From contig NC_086375.1 in the NCBI RefSeq assembly GCF_036588685.1, forward strand, positions 89,218,001-89,282,000: DNA of 64,000 nucleotides, written 5' to 3'. Made by a program: the position numbers and the translations under genes. Origin of the DNA: Mytilus trossulus. Its lineage: Eukaryota. The notes under the pieces were generated by a model that was given only the letters and a program-made list of their open reading frames with translations, was not told the DNA's origin and searched no databases. Within the stretch, counting starts at the first letter, position 1, and every line of letters begins with the position of its first letter. Below are positions 45,787-58,730 of the stretch, piece after piece.

Positions 45787-45842
45787 TACCCCAGACACAT
45801 TTTTTGTCAAAATCAGAATCATCAGTGACGCTCATATCAAAA
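45787..45842 (-). ncRNA. Decayed type I minimal hammerhead ribozyme
   Basis: Minus strand GCGTCA-CTGATGA-TTCTGATTTTGAC-AAAA-AATGTG-TC-TGGGGT. The CUGAUGA core and stem I are retained; GAAA is mutated to AAAA. Confidence 0.55.
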
Positions 45843-46431
45843 TATATATAAAACCAAAAAAGTTCAAAATAAAAAAGTAATTATAAGAGTCTACAATTTT
45901 AAAACCAAAGTTTGGAATAAATATGGCATGATACAGTCATGGCCACTGTTACAAACAAATGAGGTGGTAAATAAATAAAAGCTAAATCATCCACACTCTC
46001 AAAGACCCTGTATACAAACTAAACTCACTTCTTTTACCATAAACAAATCAATTTGGAAGTACATTTTAAGTTTGAAATAAGAATTTAAATATGTATGAAC
46101 ATGTCATTATTTTTAAATTAAGAACAAAGACAGCTAAGGACATTTGCTATTGTATTGGCTGAGTATGTAACAAAAGATTCTTTGGTGTATACATGTTTGA
46201 TAGCTTTATAACAAGCTACAATAACTGTGTGAAGAATTTAACCATTTTATTATTGAAGTATGCAAATGTTTGTTTGTTAGCCAAGTAAGATGTATATGTT
46301 GGTTACACTTTAAAAGTGTATCTAGGTTACATGTAGTAGCTTTAACTGTTTTTATATAATGAGTAATGAATAAAAATATTGACATCTAATAGGACTGTGT
46401 TTATATTTCTGTAGATATAATTTTAACATGA

Positions 46432-46995
46432 AAATAAGAAGATGTGATATGATTGCTAATTGGACAACTCTCCACGAAAGACTAAATGGCATACAAAAAA
46501 AATTAACAACTCTAGATCACTGTACAGTCGTCAACGTTGATTAAACCCATTACTGCATCATCAGCTGTGTAAGACCCTGAAATGACAAATGTAAAACAAC
46601 TCAAACAAGAAAATTAACGGCCTGATTTATGTACAAAATAAAGAATGAAAAAAAACATGATATATAGGAACAAACAACAACCACTGAATTACAAGCTCCT
46701 GACTTGGAACAGGCATATACAGAATAGGGCAAGGAGGTTAAACATGTAAGCAGGCACCCAAACCTCCATCTAACATGGGACAGTGGAGTAACAGTACACC
46801 AAACGTTGAAAAAGGCTTAACCCATCAGATTGATACAAAGCACACATATAAGTTACAAAAAACATGTAGTGGAAGTGGCAGGGTACTTATAAATCCCCAC
46901 AACAAGAAGTACAGATCTGAGAGGAATCTCAGTAACCGACAGGCAGTTTAATTCCAAGGACAACTAATAAAAATAATCATGCATTAATCAAGACT
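46432..46995 (-). mobile_element. Longer copy of the aagaagatgtggtatg family that shares a core with the Penelope-like 3' UTR
   Basis: gctcctgacttggaacaggca..ggttaaacatg (46695-46746) matches gctcctgacttgggacaggcg..ggttaaacatg (8520-8565). Confidence 0.75.
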
Positions 46996-47137
46996 TTTCT
47001 GATATCCTTTATAAAACAAATTGTTCATGAGTTTTTAACCAGCAAAATAGATAAAAAAAAAATTAAAATGGATTCTGAGGACATTACATTTAAAGATGGT
47101 ACGAACTGAAGAAAGAAAAACATGAGCAATTACACAA

Positions 47138-50100
47138 CAGTCTCTGCCTTGTCATTGTTGTCAGTCTCTGCCTTGTCATCGTTGTCAGTCTCTGTCTTGT
47201 CATCGTTGTCAGTCTCTACCGTGTCATCGTTGTCAGTCTGTCTTGTCATCGTTGTCAGGCTGCCGTGTCATCGTTGTCAGTCTCTGCCTTGTCATCGTTG
47301 TCAGTCTCTGCCTTGTCATAGTTGTCAGTCTCTGTCTTGTCATCGTTGTCGGTCTCTGTCGAGTCATCGTTGTAAGTCTCTGTCTTGTAATCGTTGTCAG
47401 TCTCTGCCTTGTCATCGTTGCCAGTCTCTGCCTTGTCATCGTTGTCAGTCTCTGCCTTGTCATCGTTGTCAGTCTCTGCCTTGTCATCGTTGTCGGTCTC
47501 TACCTTGTCATCGTTGTCCGTCTCTGCCTTGTCATCGTTGTCAGTCTCTGCCTTGTCATCGTTGTCAGTCTCTGTCTTGTCATCGTTGTCGGTCTCTGTC
47601 TTGTAATCGTTGTCGGTCTCTGCCTTGTCATCGTTGTCAGTCTCTGTCTTGTCATCGTTGTCGGTCTCTGTCTTGTCATCGTTGTCGGTCTCTGCCTTGT
47701 CATCGTTGTCAGTCTCTGCCTTGTCATCTTTGTCAGTCTCTGTCTTGTAATCGTTGTCAGTCTCTGCCTTGTCATCGTTGTCAGTCTCTGCCTTGTCATC
47801 GTTGTCATTCACTGCCTTGTCATCGTTGTCAGTCTCTGCCTTGTCATCGTTGTCAGTCTCTGCGTTGTCATCGTTGTCAGTCTCTGTCTTGTCATCTTTG
47901 TCAGTCTCTACCTTGTCATCTTTGTCAGTCTCTGTCTTGTCATCGTTGTCGGTATCTGCCTTGTCATCTTTGTCAGTCTCTGTCTTGTAATCGTTGTCAG
48001 TCTCTGCCTTGTCATCGTTGTCAGTCTCTGCCTTGTCATCGTTGTCAGTCTCTGTCTTGTCTGTCAGTCTCTCTCTTGTCATCGGTGTCAGTATCTGCCT
48101 TGTCATCGTTGTCATTCACTGCCTTGTCATCGTTGTCAGTCTCTGTCTTGTCATCGTTGTCAGTCTCTGTCTTATCATCGTTGTCAGTCTATGTCTTGTC
48201 ATCGTTGTCAGTCTCTGTCTTATCATCGTTGTCATTCACTGCCTTGTCATCGTTGTCAGTCTCTGTCTTGTCATCGTTGTTAGTCTCTGTCTTGTCATCG
48301 GTGTCAGTATCTACCTCGTCATCGTTGTCAGTCTCTGCATTGTCATCGTTGTCAGTCTCTGCCGTGTCATCGTTGTCAGAGTCTGTCTTGTCATCGTTGT
48401 CAGTCTCTGTCTTGTCATCGTTGTCAGTCTCTGTCTTGTCATCTTTGTCAGTCTCTACCTTGTCATCTTTGTCAGTCTCCGTCTTGTCATCGTTGTCAGT
48501 CTCTACCTTGTCATTTTTGTCAGTCTCTGTCTTGTAATCGTTGTCAGTCTCTGCCTTGTCATCGTTGTCAGTCTCTGCCTTGTCATCTTTGTCAGTCTCT
48601 ACCTTGTCATCTTTGTCAGTCTCTGTCTTGTCATCGTTGTCAGTCTCTACCTTGTCATTTTTGTCAGTCTCTGTCTTGTAATCGTTGTCAGTCTCTGCCT
48701 TGTCATCGTTGTCAGTCTCTGCCTTGTCATCGTTGTCAGTCTCTGTCTTGTCTGTCAGTCTCTCTCTTGTCATCGGTGTCAGTATCTGCCTTGTCATCGT
48801 TGTCATTCACTGCCTTGTCATCGTTGTCAGTCTCTGTCTTGTCATCGTTGTCAGTCTCTGTCTTGTCATCGTTGTCATTCACTGCCTTGTCATCGTTGTC
48901 AGTCTCTGTCTTATCATCGTTGTCATTCACTGCCTTGTCATCGTTGTCAGTCTCTGCCTTGTCATCGTTGTCAGTCTCTGTCTTGTCATCGTTGTCAGTC
49001 TCTGTCTTGTCATCGTTGTCAGTCTCTGTCTTGTCATCGTTGTCAGTCTCTGTCTTGTCATCGTTGTCAGTCTCTGTCTTGTCATCTTTGTCAGTCTCTA
49101 CCTTGTCATCTTTGTCAGTCTCTGTCTTGTCATCGTTGTCAGTCTCTACCTTGTCATTTTTGTCAGTCTCTGTCTTGTAATCGTTGTCAGTCTCTGCCTT
49201 GTCATCGTTGTCAGTCTCTGCCTTGTCATCGTTGTCAGTCTCTGTCTTGTCTGTCAGTCTCTCTCTTGTCATCGGTGTCAGTATCTGCCTTGTCATCGTT
49301 GTCATTCACTGCCTTGTCATCGTTGTCAGTCTCTGTCTTGTCATCGTTGTCAGTCTCTGTCTTGTCATCGTTGTCAGTCTATGTCTTGTCATCGTTGTCA
49401 GTCTCTGTCTTATCATCGTTGTCATTCACTGCCTTGTCATCGTTGTCAGTCTCTGCCTTGTCATCGTTGTCAGTCTCTGTCATGTCATCGTTGTCAGTAT
49501 CTGCCTCGTCATCGTTGTCAGTCTCTGCATTGTCATCGTTGTCAGTCTCTGCCGTGTCATCGTTGTCATAGTCTGTCTTGTCATCGTTGTCAGTCTCTGT
49601 CTTGTCATCGTTGTCAGTCTCTGTCTTGTCATCTTTGTCAGTCTCTACCTTGTCATCTTTGTCAGTCTCTGTCTTGTCATCGTTGTCAGTCTCTACCTTG
49701 TCATTTTTGTCAGTCTCTGTCTTGTAATCGTTGTCAGTCTCTGCCTTGTCATCGTTGTCAGTCTCTGCCTTGTCATCGTTGTCAGTCTCTGTCTTGTCTG
49801 TCAGTCTCTCTCTTGTCATCGGTGTCAGTATCTGCCTTGTCATCGTTGTCATTCACTGCCTTGTCATCGTTGTCAGTCTCTGTCTTGTCATCGTTGTCAG
49901 TCTCTGTCTTGTCATCGTTGTCAGTCAATGTCTTGTCATCGTTGTCAGTCTCTGTCTTATCATCGTTGTCATTCACTGCCTTGTCATCGTTGTCAGTCTC
50001 TGCCTTGTCATCGTTGTCAGTCTCTGTCTTGTCATCGTTGTCAGTCTCTGTCTTGTCATCGTTGTCAGTCTCTGTTTTATCATCGTTGTCATCACTGCCT

Positions 50101-53100
50101 TGTCATCGTTGCCAGTCTATGTCTTGTCATCGTTGTCAGTCTCTGTCTTGTCATCGGTGTCAGTATCTGCCTCGTCATCGTTGTCAGTCTCTGCATTGTC
50201 ATCGTTGTCAGTCTCTGCCGTGTCATCGTTGTCATAGTCTGTCTTGTCATCGTTGTCATTCTCTGTCTTCTCATCGTTGTCATTCTCTGTCTTCTCATCG
50301 GTGTCATTCACTGCCTTGTCTTCGTTGTCATTCACTGCCTTGTCATCGGTGTCAGTATCTGCCTTGTCATCGTTGTCAGTCTCTGTCTTGTCATCGTTGT
50401 CAATCTCTGCCTTGTCATCGTTGTCAGTCTCTGCCTTGTCATCGTTGTCAGTCACTGTCTTGTCATCGATGTCAGTCTCTGCCTTGTCATCGTTGTCAGA
50501 GTCTGTCTTGTCATCGTTGTCAGTCTCTGTCTTATCATCGTTGTCATTCACTGCCTTATCATCGTTGTCAGTCTCTGACTTGTCATCGTTGTCCGTCTCT
50601 GTCTTGTTATCGTTGTCAGTCTCTGTCTTGTCATCGGTGTCAGTCTCTGTCTTATCATTGTTGTCATTCACTGCCTTGTCATCGTTGTCAGTCTCTGACT
50701 TGTCATCGTTGTCCGTCTCTGTCTTGTTATCGTTGTCAGTCTCTGTCTTGTCATCGGTGTCAGTATTTGCCTTGTCATCGTTGTCATTCACTGCCTTGTC
50801 ATCGTTGTCAGTCTCTGTCTTGTCATCGTTGTCAGTCTCTGTCTTGTCATCGTTGTCAGTCTCTGTCTTGTTATCGTTGTCAGTCTCTGTCTTGTCATCG
50901 GTGTCAGTATTTGCCTTGTCATCGTTGTCATTCACTGCTTTGTCATCGTTGTCAGTCTCTGTCTTGTCATCGTTGTCAGTCTCTGCCTTGTCATCGTTGT
51001 CAGTCTCTGTCTTGTCTGTCAGTCTCTCTCTTGTCATCGGTGTCAGTATCTGCCTTGTCATCGTTGTCATTCACTGCCTTGTCATCGTTGTCAGTCTCTG
51101 TCTTGTCATCGTTGTCAGTCTCTGTCTTGTCATCGTTGTCAGTCAATGTCTTGTCATCGTTGTCAGTCTCTGTCTTATCATCGTTGTCATTCACTGCCTT
51201 GTCATCGTTGTCAGTCTCTGCCTTGTCATCGTTGTCAGTCTCTGTCTTGTCATCGTTGTCAGTCTCTGTCTTGTCATCGTTGTCAGTCTCTGTCTTGTCA
51301 TCGTTGTCAGTCTCTGTTTTATCATCGTTGTCATCACTGCCTTGTCATCGTTGCCAGTCTCTGTCTTGTCATCGTTGTCAGTCTCTGTCTTGTCATCGGT
51401 GTCAGTATCTGCCTCGTCATCGTTGTCAGTCTCTGCATTGTCATCGTTGTCAGTCTCTGCCGTGTCATCGTTGTCATAGTCTGTCTTGTCATCGTTGTCA
51501 GTCTCTGTCTTGTCATCGTTGTCAGTCTCTGTCTTGTCATCTTTGTCAGTCTCTACCTTGTCATCTTTGTCAGTCTCTGTCTTGTCATCGTTGTCAGTCT
51601 CTACCTTGTCATTTTTGTCAGTCTCTGTCTTGTAATCGTTGTCAGTCTCTGCCTTGTCATCGTTGTCAGTCTCTGCCTTGTCATCGTTGTCAGTCTCTGT
51701 CTTGTCTGTCAGTCTCTCTCTTGTCATCGGTGTCAGTATCTGCCTTGTCATCGTTGTCATTCACTGCCTTGTCATCGTTGTCAGTCTCTGTCTTGTCATC
51801 GTTGTCAGTCTCTGTCTTGTCATCGTTGTCAGTCAATGTCTTGTCATCGTTGTCAGTCTCTGTCTTATCATCGTTGTCATTCACTGCCTTGTCATCGTTG
51901 TCAGTCTCTGCCTTGTCATCGTTGTCAGTCTCTGTCTTGTCATCGTTGTCAGTCTCTGTCTTGTCATCGTTGTCAGTCTCTGTTTTATCATCGTTGTCAT
52001 CACTGCCTTGTCATCGTTGCCAGTCTATGTCTTGTCATCGTTGTCAGTCTCTGTCTTGTCATCGGTGTCAGTATCTGCCTCGTCATCGTTGTCAGTCTCT
52101 GCATTGTCATCGTTGTCAGTCTCTGCCGTGTCATCGTTGTCATAGTCTGTCTTGTCATCGTTGTCATTCTCTGTCTTCTCATCGTTGTCATTCTCTGTCT
52201 TCTCATCGGTGTCATTCACTGCCTTGTCTTCGTTGTCATTCACTGCCTTGTCATCGGTGTCAGTATCTGCCTTGTCATCGTTGTCAGTCTCTGTCTTGTC
52301 ATCGTTGTCAATCTCTGCCTTGTCATCGTTGTCAGTCTCTGCCTTGTCATCGTTGTCAGTCACTGTCTTGTCATCGATGTCAGTCTCTGCCTTGTCATCG
52401 TTGTCAGAGTCTGTCTTGTCATCGTTGTCAGTCTCTGTCTTATCATCGTTGTCATTCACTGCCTTATCATCGTTGTCAGTCTCTGACTTGTCATCGTTGT
52501 CCGTCTCTGTCTTGTTATCGTTGTCAGTCTCTGTCTTGTCATCGGTGTCAGTCTCTGTCTTATCATTGTTGTCATTCACTGCCTTGTCATCGTTGTCAGT
52601 CTCTGACTTGTCATCGTTGTCCGTCTCTGTCTTGTTATCGTTGTCAGTCTCTGTCTTGTCATCGGTGTCAGTATTTGCCTTGTCATCGTTGTCATTCACT
52701 GCCTTGTCATCGTTGTCAGTCTCTGTCTTGTCATCGTTGTCAGTCTCTGTCTTGTCATCGTTGTCAGTCTCTGTCTTGTTATCGTTGTCAGTCTCTGTCT
52801 TGTCATCGGTGTCAGTATTTGCCTTGTCATCGTTGTCATTCACTGCTTTGTCATCGTTGTCAGTCTCTGTCTTGTCATCGTTGTCAGTCTCTGCCTTGTC
52901 ATCGTTGTCAGTCTCTGTCTTGTCTGTCAGTCTCTCTCTTGTCATCGGTGTCAGTATCTGCCTTGTCATCGTTGTCATTCACTGCCTTGTCATCGTTGTC
53001 AGTCTCTGTCTTGTCATCGTTGTCAGTCTCTGTCTTGTCATCGTTGTCAGTCAATGTCTTGTCATCGTTGTCAGTCTCTGTCTTATCATCGTTGTCATTC

Positions 53101-54909
53101 ACTGCCTTGTCATCGTTGTCAGTCTCTGCCTTGTCATCGTTGTCAGTCTCTGTCTTGTCATCGTTGTCAGTCTCTGTCTTGTCATCGTTGTCAGTCTCTG
53201 TCTTGTCATCGTTGTCAGTCTCTGTTTTATCATCGTTGTCATCACTGCCTTGTCATCGTTGCCAGTCTCTGTCTTGTCATCGTTGTCAGTCTCTGTCTTG
53301 TCATCGGTGTCAGTATCTGCCTCGTCATCGTTGTCAGTCTCTGCATTGTCATCGTTGTCAGTCTCTGCCGTGTCATCGTTGTCATAGTCTGTCTTGTCAT
53401 CGTTGTCATTCTCTGTCTTCTCATCGTTGTCATTCTCTGTCTTCTCATCGGTGTCATTCACTGCCTTGTCTTCGTTGTCATTCACTGCCTTGTCATCGGT
53501 GTCAGTATCTGCCTTGTCATCGTTGTCAGTCTCTGTCTTGTCATCGTTGTCAATCTCTGCCTTGTCATCGTTGTCAGTCTCTGCCTTGTCATCGTTGTCA
53601 GTCTCTGTCTTGTCATCGATGTCAGTCTCTGCCTTGTCATCGTTGTCAGAGTCTGTCTTGTCATCGTTGTCAGTCTCTGTCTTATCATCGTTGTCATTCA
53701 CTGCCTTATCATCGTTGTCAGTCTCTGACTTGTCATCGTTGTCCGTCTCTGTCTTGTTATCGTTGTCAGTCTCTGTCTTGTCATCGGTGTCAGTCTCTGT
53801 CTTATCATTGTTGTCATTCACTGCCTTGTCATCGTTGTCAGTCTCTGACTTGTCATCGTTGTCCGTCTCTGTCTTGTTATCGTTGTCAGTCTCTGTCTTG
53901 TCATCGGTGTCAGTATTTGCCTTGTCATCGTTGTCATTCACTGCCTTGTCATCGTTGTCAGTCTCTGTCTTGTCATCGTTGTCAGTCTCTGTCTTGTCAT
54001 CGTTGTCAGTCTCTGTCTTGTTATCGTTGTCAGTCTCTGTCTTGTCATCGGTGTCAGTATTTGCCTTGTCATCGTTGTCATTCACTGCTTTGTCATCGTT
54101 GTCAGTCTCTGTCTTGTCATCGATGTCAGTCTCTGTCTTATCATCGTTGTCAGTCTCTACCTTGTCATCGTTGTCAGTCTCTGTCTTGTCATCGTTGTCA
54201 GTCTCTGTCTTGTCGTCGTTGTCAGTCTCTGTTTTGTCATCGTTGTCAGTCTCTACCTTGTCATCGTTGTCAGTCTCTGTCTTGTCATCGTTGTCAGTCT
54301 CTGTCTTATCATCGTTGTCAGTCTCTACCTTGTCATCGTTGTCAGTCTCTGTCTTGTCATCGTTGTCAGTCTCTGTCTTGTCGTCGTTGTCAGTCTCTGT
54401 TTTGTCATCGTTGTCAGTCTCTGTCTTGTCATCGTTGTCAGTCTCTGCCTTGTCATCGTTGTCAGAGTCTGTCTTGTCATCGTTGTCAGTCTCTGCCTTG
54501 TCATCGTTGCCAGTATCTGTCTTGTCATCGTTGTAAGTCTCTGTCGAGTCAACGTTGTCAGTCTCTGTCGTGTCATCGTCGTCAGTCTCTGACTTGTCAT
54601 CGTTGTCAGTCTCTGTCTTGTCATTGTTTTCAGTCTCTCTCTCTCTTGTCAGTCTCTGTCTTGTCATTGTTTTCAGTCTCTCTCTCTTGTCATCGTTGTC
54701 AGTCTCTACCTTGTCATCGTTGTCAGTCTCTGTCTTGTCATCGTTGTCAGTCTCTGTCTTATCATCGTTGTCAGTCTCTACCTTGTCATCGTTGTCAGTC
54801 TCTGTCTTGTCATCGTTGTCAGTCTCTGTCTTGTCGTCGTTGTCAGTCTCTGTTTTGTCATCGTTGTCAGTCTCTATCTTGTCATCGTTGTCAGTCTCTG
54901 TCTTGTCAT
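47138..54909. repeat. 7.8-kb 24-bp minisatellite (gtcatcgttgtcagtctctgtctt, ~325 units) with higher-order duplications
   Basis: Unit read directly. Identical ORF translations recur at an offset of 1908 bp (e.g. 50117/52025, 50244/52152) and near-identical ones at 1242 bp (52152/53394). Confidence 0.97.
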
Positions 54910-55636
54910 GCCTTGTTTGTATGACATACACAGGTTTTTTTAAGATTTTTTAAAAATATTTTCCTTTGAAAATGCTCAATTAGATTGAAAACCAAAGTTA
55001 GTTTTAGGATGTAACGAAGAATTTTCTAAATAAATATACATCTTCGAATCGAAAGAACAAAATAAGAACCAAGACAATAAGATTTTCCCCGTTTACACCA
55101 TACATACCTAGATAAGTGTTTTTTTCTTGAAGTAACCTTGACAGTATATATACTAGTATATCGATAACTTTTTTTTTATTCAAATTTAAAACACAACTGC
55201 ATGTCATTGTTACTGTTTAGGCTACCTGTATTAAATCCAGTTTCAGTTTTTATAATGTATACCTATATTTGTTAGTGCGTGGCAGCGTTTTAAAAGAACA
55301 TTTGGTGAGATCAGGGTGTTTATATATAGATTGAACAGTACTTCAATTTGATGGAATTAGTTTTATAGGTAGGTTATTATTCCGTAATATTTTGTATAGA
55401 AACATTTTACCATTTCCAAACATCTATTTGCTAACGTGTTTGGTCTTGTACAATAGAAGGAAAGAATATAAGAACGGTTAGGTCGGGAAATCATGTTATG
55501 ATATTACATGTATATCATTCTTTATGCATTTAATATATTTATTGATGTCATGGTTTACTTCTGGTTCACTGGTTGATATATATGTTTCGTTTTCCATGGA
55601 CAATCAACGGTTAGTAATTAGAGGTATTTAAGTATA

Positions 55637-55812
55637 TTTTATTATGTGACAAGACAATACATAGACTTATAGCAAGCTATTTTATTATGTGACAAGACAA
55701 TACATAGACTTATAGCAAGCTATTTTATTATGTGACAAGACAATACATAGACTTATAGCAAGCTATTTTATTATGTGACAAGACAATACATAGACTTATA
55801 GCAAGCTATTTT
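55637..55812. repeat. 43-44-bp tandem repeat, 4 near-perfect copies
   Basis: ttttattatgtgacaagacaatacatagacttatagcaagcta x4. Confidence 0.95.
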
Positions 55813-56145
55813 AAGACATTCAATTTTATGTTTTGCTTTAAAAAAAAAATTTGTTTAGCACTTGAATGAAAAGATGAAAATGTGTATGAAATTAGAATAA
55901 TCAGCCACCCTTGAATTTCAAGGCCATATCCAGGGTTTCTTACTAAACTCGGTATTATCGGTACATCTATGCTAAAATCTTATGGCATTTAAATAGTTAT
56001 AAAATAATCTAAATGAACAAACCTTAATAATCAATAATTTAAATGTGTACATTGTTGTTAAAGCAGTTTTGATATAGCATTAGCATAGTCAACTGCAAAG
56101 TAAAGCGTATGTGTTTGATTATATTTAACAGAAAAACTATAAAAA

Positions 56146-57395
56146 TAGAGGCTCTCAAGAGCCTGTATCGCTTACCTGACTCTACTTGGGTTTTTGAATT
56201 CATATAAAAAAAGATAAAATTTGGCTACAAAGTAACAACACTTGGTCAGCACCAGAAAAGAAACATTCATGCTATGTTTGGTTTCATTCCATTCAGTGGT
56301 TCTCTAAAAGAAGACATTTGTATGCATTTCCCATAGGGTCCTATGTTACCCGCTGACGGCCATCTTGGATGATGAATCGGCTACAAAGTAACAACACTTG
56401 GTCAGCACCTCATAGGTAATATGCATGCCATGTTTGGTTTCATTCCATTCATTGGTTCTCTAAAAGAAATCATGTCCATGCATTTCCAATAGGGTCCTAT
56501 GTTAAACTAAGTCCCCCTCTGACAGCCACATTGGATGATGGATCGCTGGCTACAAAGTAACAACACTTGGTCAGCACCTCACTCATAAGGAACATTTATG
56601 CCATGTTTTGTTTCGTTCCATTCATTGATTCTCTAAATGAAGTCATTTGTATGATTTCCCAAAGGGTCCTATGTTAAACTTACTCCCCCGCTAACGGCTA
56701 TCTTGGAAGATGGATCAGCTACAAAGTAATAACACTTGGTCAGCACCTTATAAGGAACATTCATGCCATGTTTGGTTTCATTCCATTCATTGGTTTTCTA
56801 AAAGAAGTCATTTGTATGCATTTCCCATAGGGTCCTATGTTAAACTAAGTCCCCCGCTGGCGGCCATCTTGGATGATGAATCGGCTACAAAGTAACAAAT
56901 CTTGGTCAGCACCTCACAAGGAACATTCATGCCATGTGTGGTTTCGTTCCATTCAGTGGTTCTCTAAAAGAAGTCAATTGTATGCATTTCCCATAGGGTC
57001 CTATGTTAAACTAAGTTCCCCTCTGGCGGCCATCTTGGAAGATGGAGCGGCTACAAAGTAACACCACTTGGTCAGCACCTCATAAGGAACATTCATGTCA
57101 TGTTTGGTCTCATTCCATTCAGTGGTTCTCTAAAAGAAGTGATTTGTATGCATTTCCAATAGGGTCCTATGTTAAACTAAGCCCCCGCTGGCGGCCATCT
57201 TGAATGATGGATCGGCTACAAAGTAACAACACTTGGTCAGCACCTCATAAGGAACAATCATACATGTTTGGTTTCATTCCATTCAGTGGTTCTCTAGAAG
57301 AAGTTCAAAATGTTAACGACGACGACGACGGACGACGGACGACGGACGCCAAGTGATGAGAAAGGCTCACTTGGCCCTTCGGGCCAGGTGAGCTA
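56146..57395 (-). mobile_element. Helentron-type HINE with a ~166-bp internal satellite (~6.5 units)
   Basis: 5' end (minus) tagctcacctggcccgaagggccaagtgagc plus (gtc/gtcc)n microsatellite. 3' sub-TIR cgcttacct and aggctc-tcaa-gagcct hairpin. Units at 56223, 56379, 56548, 56717, 56883, 57049 and 57214. Confidence 0.88.
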
Positions 57396-57399
57396 ATAA

Positions 57400-58600
57400 T
57401 CAACCCTGAAAAGACACATAGTCATTTATTGATATCAATCCACTGATCATGATCAACATGGAAATAAAAGTAGATCATGTTATCCCTTACTCTTGTACAT
57501 GCTGAAATGTCTTGCCTTCTTAATTACTAACCATTGATATCATGTTGATAGTCCTAAATATAAAGCTACAAATATCACATAAACTTAATATGATCCAAGA
57601 AAATGAGGTCAAGGTCATATAACAATCATTCAATACACTAAATGTAGTTGACCCTTGCTTATAGTTTCAAAGAAACAGACTGAACAAAGAAAACTAAACT
57701 GACCAATGAAACCGAATATAGTTGACCTATTGCATATAATATTAATAACAAAAGACCAAAACTCAAAAACTTAACTTTGACCCCTGAACCATGAAAAATT
57801 CATGTTAATGAGGTCAAGGTCAGATGACACCTACCAGTTGGACATGTACACCTTACAATCATTCCATACACCAAATATAGTAGACCCATTACATACAATG
57901 CAAGAAAAACACACAAAAAACACAAAAACTTAACTATAAACACTGAACCACGAAAATGAGGTCAAAGTCAGATGACACCTGCCAGTTGGACATGTACACC
58001 TTACAATAATTCCATACACCGAATATAGTAGACCTATTACACACAATGCAAGAAAAAGACACCAACACACAAAAACTTAAACACTGAACCACGAAAATGA
58101 GGTCAAGGTCAGATGACACCTGTCAGTTGGACATGTACACCTTACAATCATTCCATACACCAAATATACTAGACCTATTGCTTATAGTATCTGAGATATG
58201 GACTTGACCACCAAAACTCAACCTTATTCACTGATCCATGAAATGAGGTCGAGGTCAAGTGAAAACTGTCAAACGATTATGAAGACATTGCAAGGTACGC
58301 ACATACCAAATATAGTTATCCTATAATATTACTCATAATAAGAGAGAAATTGACATTACAAAACAAAATAACTTTCAAGTACTAGTAGTCACTGAACCAT
58401 GAAAATGAGGCCAAAGACAATGGGCATGTGACAGACGGAAACTTTGAAACATAAGGCATCTATTTACAAAGTATTAAGCATCCATGTCTTCCACCTTCTA
58501 AAATATAAAACTTTTAAGAAGTTAGTTAAAACTGCCGCCGCCATCACCGGGTCACTATCCCTATTTCCAGCTAGCGTTCTGCGACAAAATTCCCGCACTG
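57400..58600 (-). mobile_element. HINE-like element with aaaatgaggtcaaggtca tandem units (~140-150 bp)
   Basis: Repeated units gaggtcaaggtcagatgacacc..catgtacaccttacaatcattccatacacc; ends in a gccgccgcc microsatellite and a tgcgacaaaattcccgca hairpin remnant. Confidence 0.7.
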
Positions 58601-58730
58601 ATGTATGCGATATTATATGTTGTAGGTCATTCAACTTAGTCCTTGTTGGCTTGTCACGGAAGTAAAGACGAACGTGGTGTGAAATGTAAACCGACGTTTC
58701 TGGAAAGAGCAGGACGATACATTAATACCG

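Noticed and set aside
47122-54953. Dozens of long ORFs (up to 2079 aa; Cys-rich, Ser/Val-rich or Asp-rich) in the ORF track
   Set aside because: They are products of a 24-bp unit that is open in five frames. Frameshifting and stop-containing unit variants are amplified throughout, and there is no signal peptide or unique domain.
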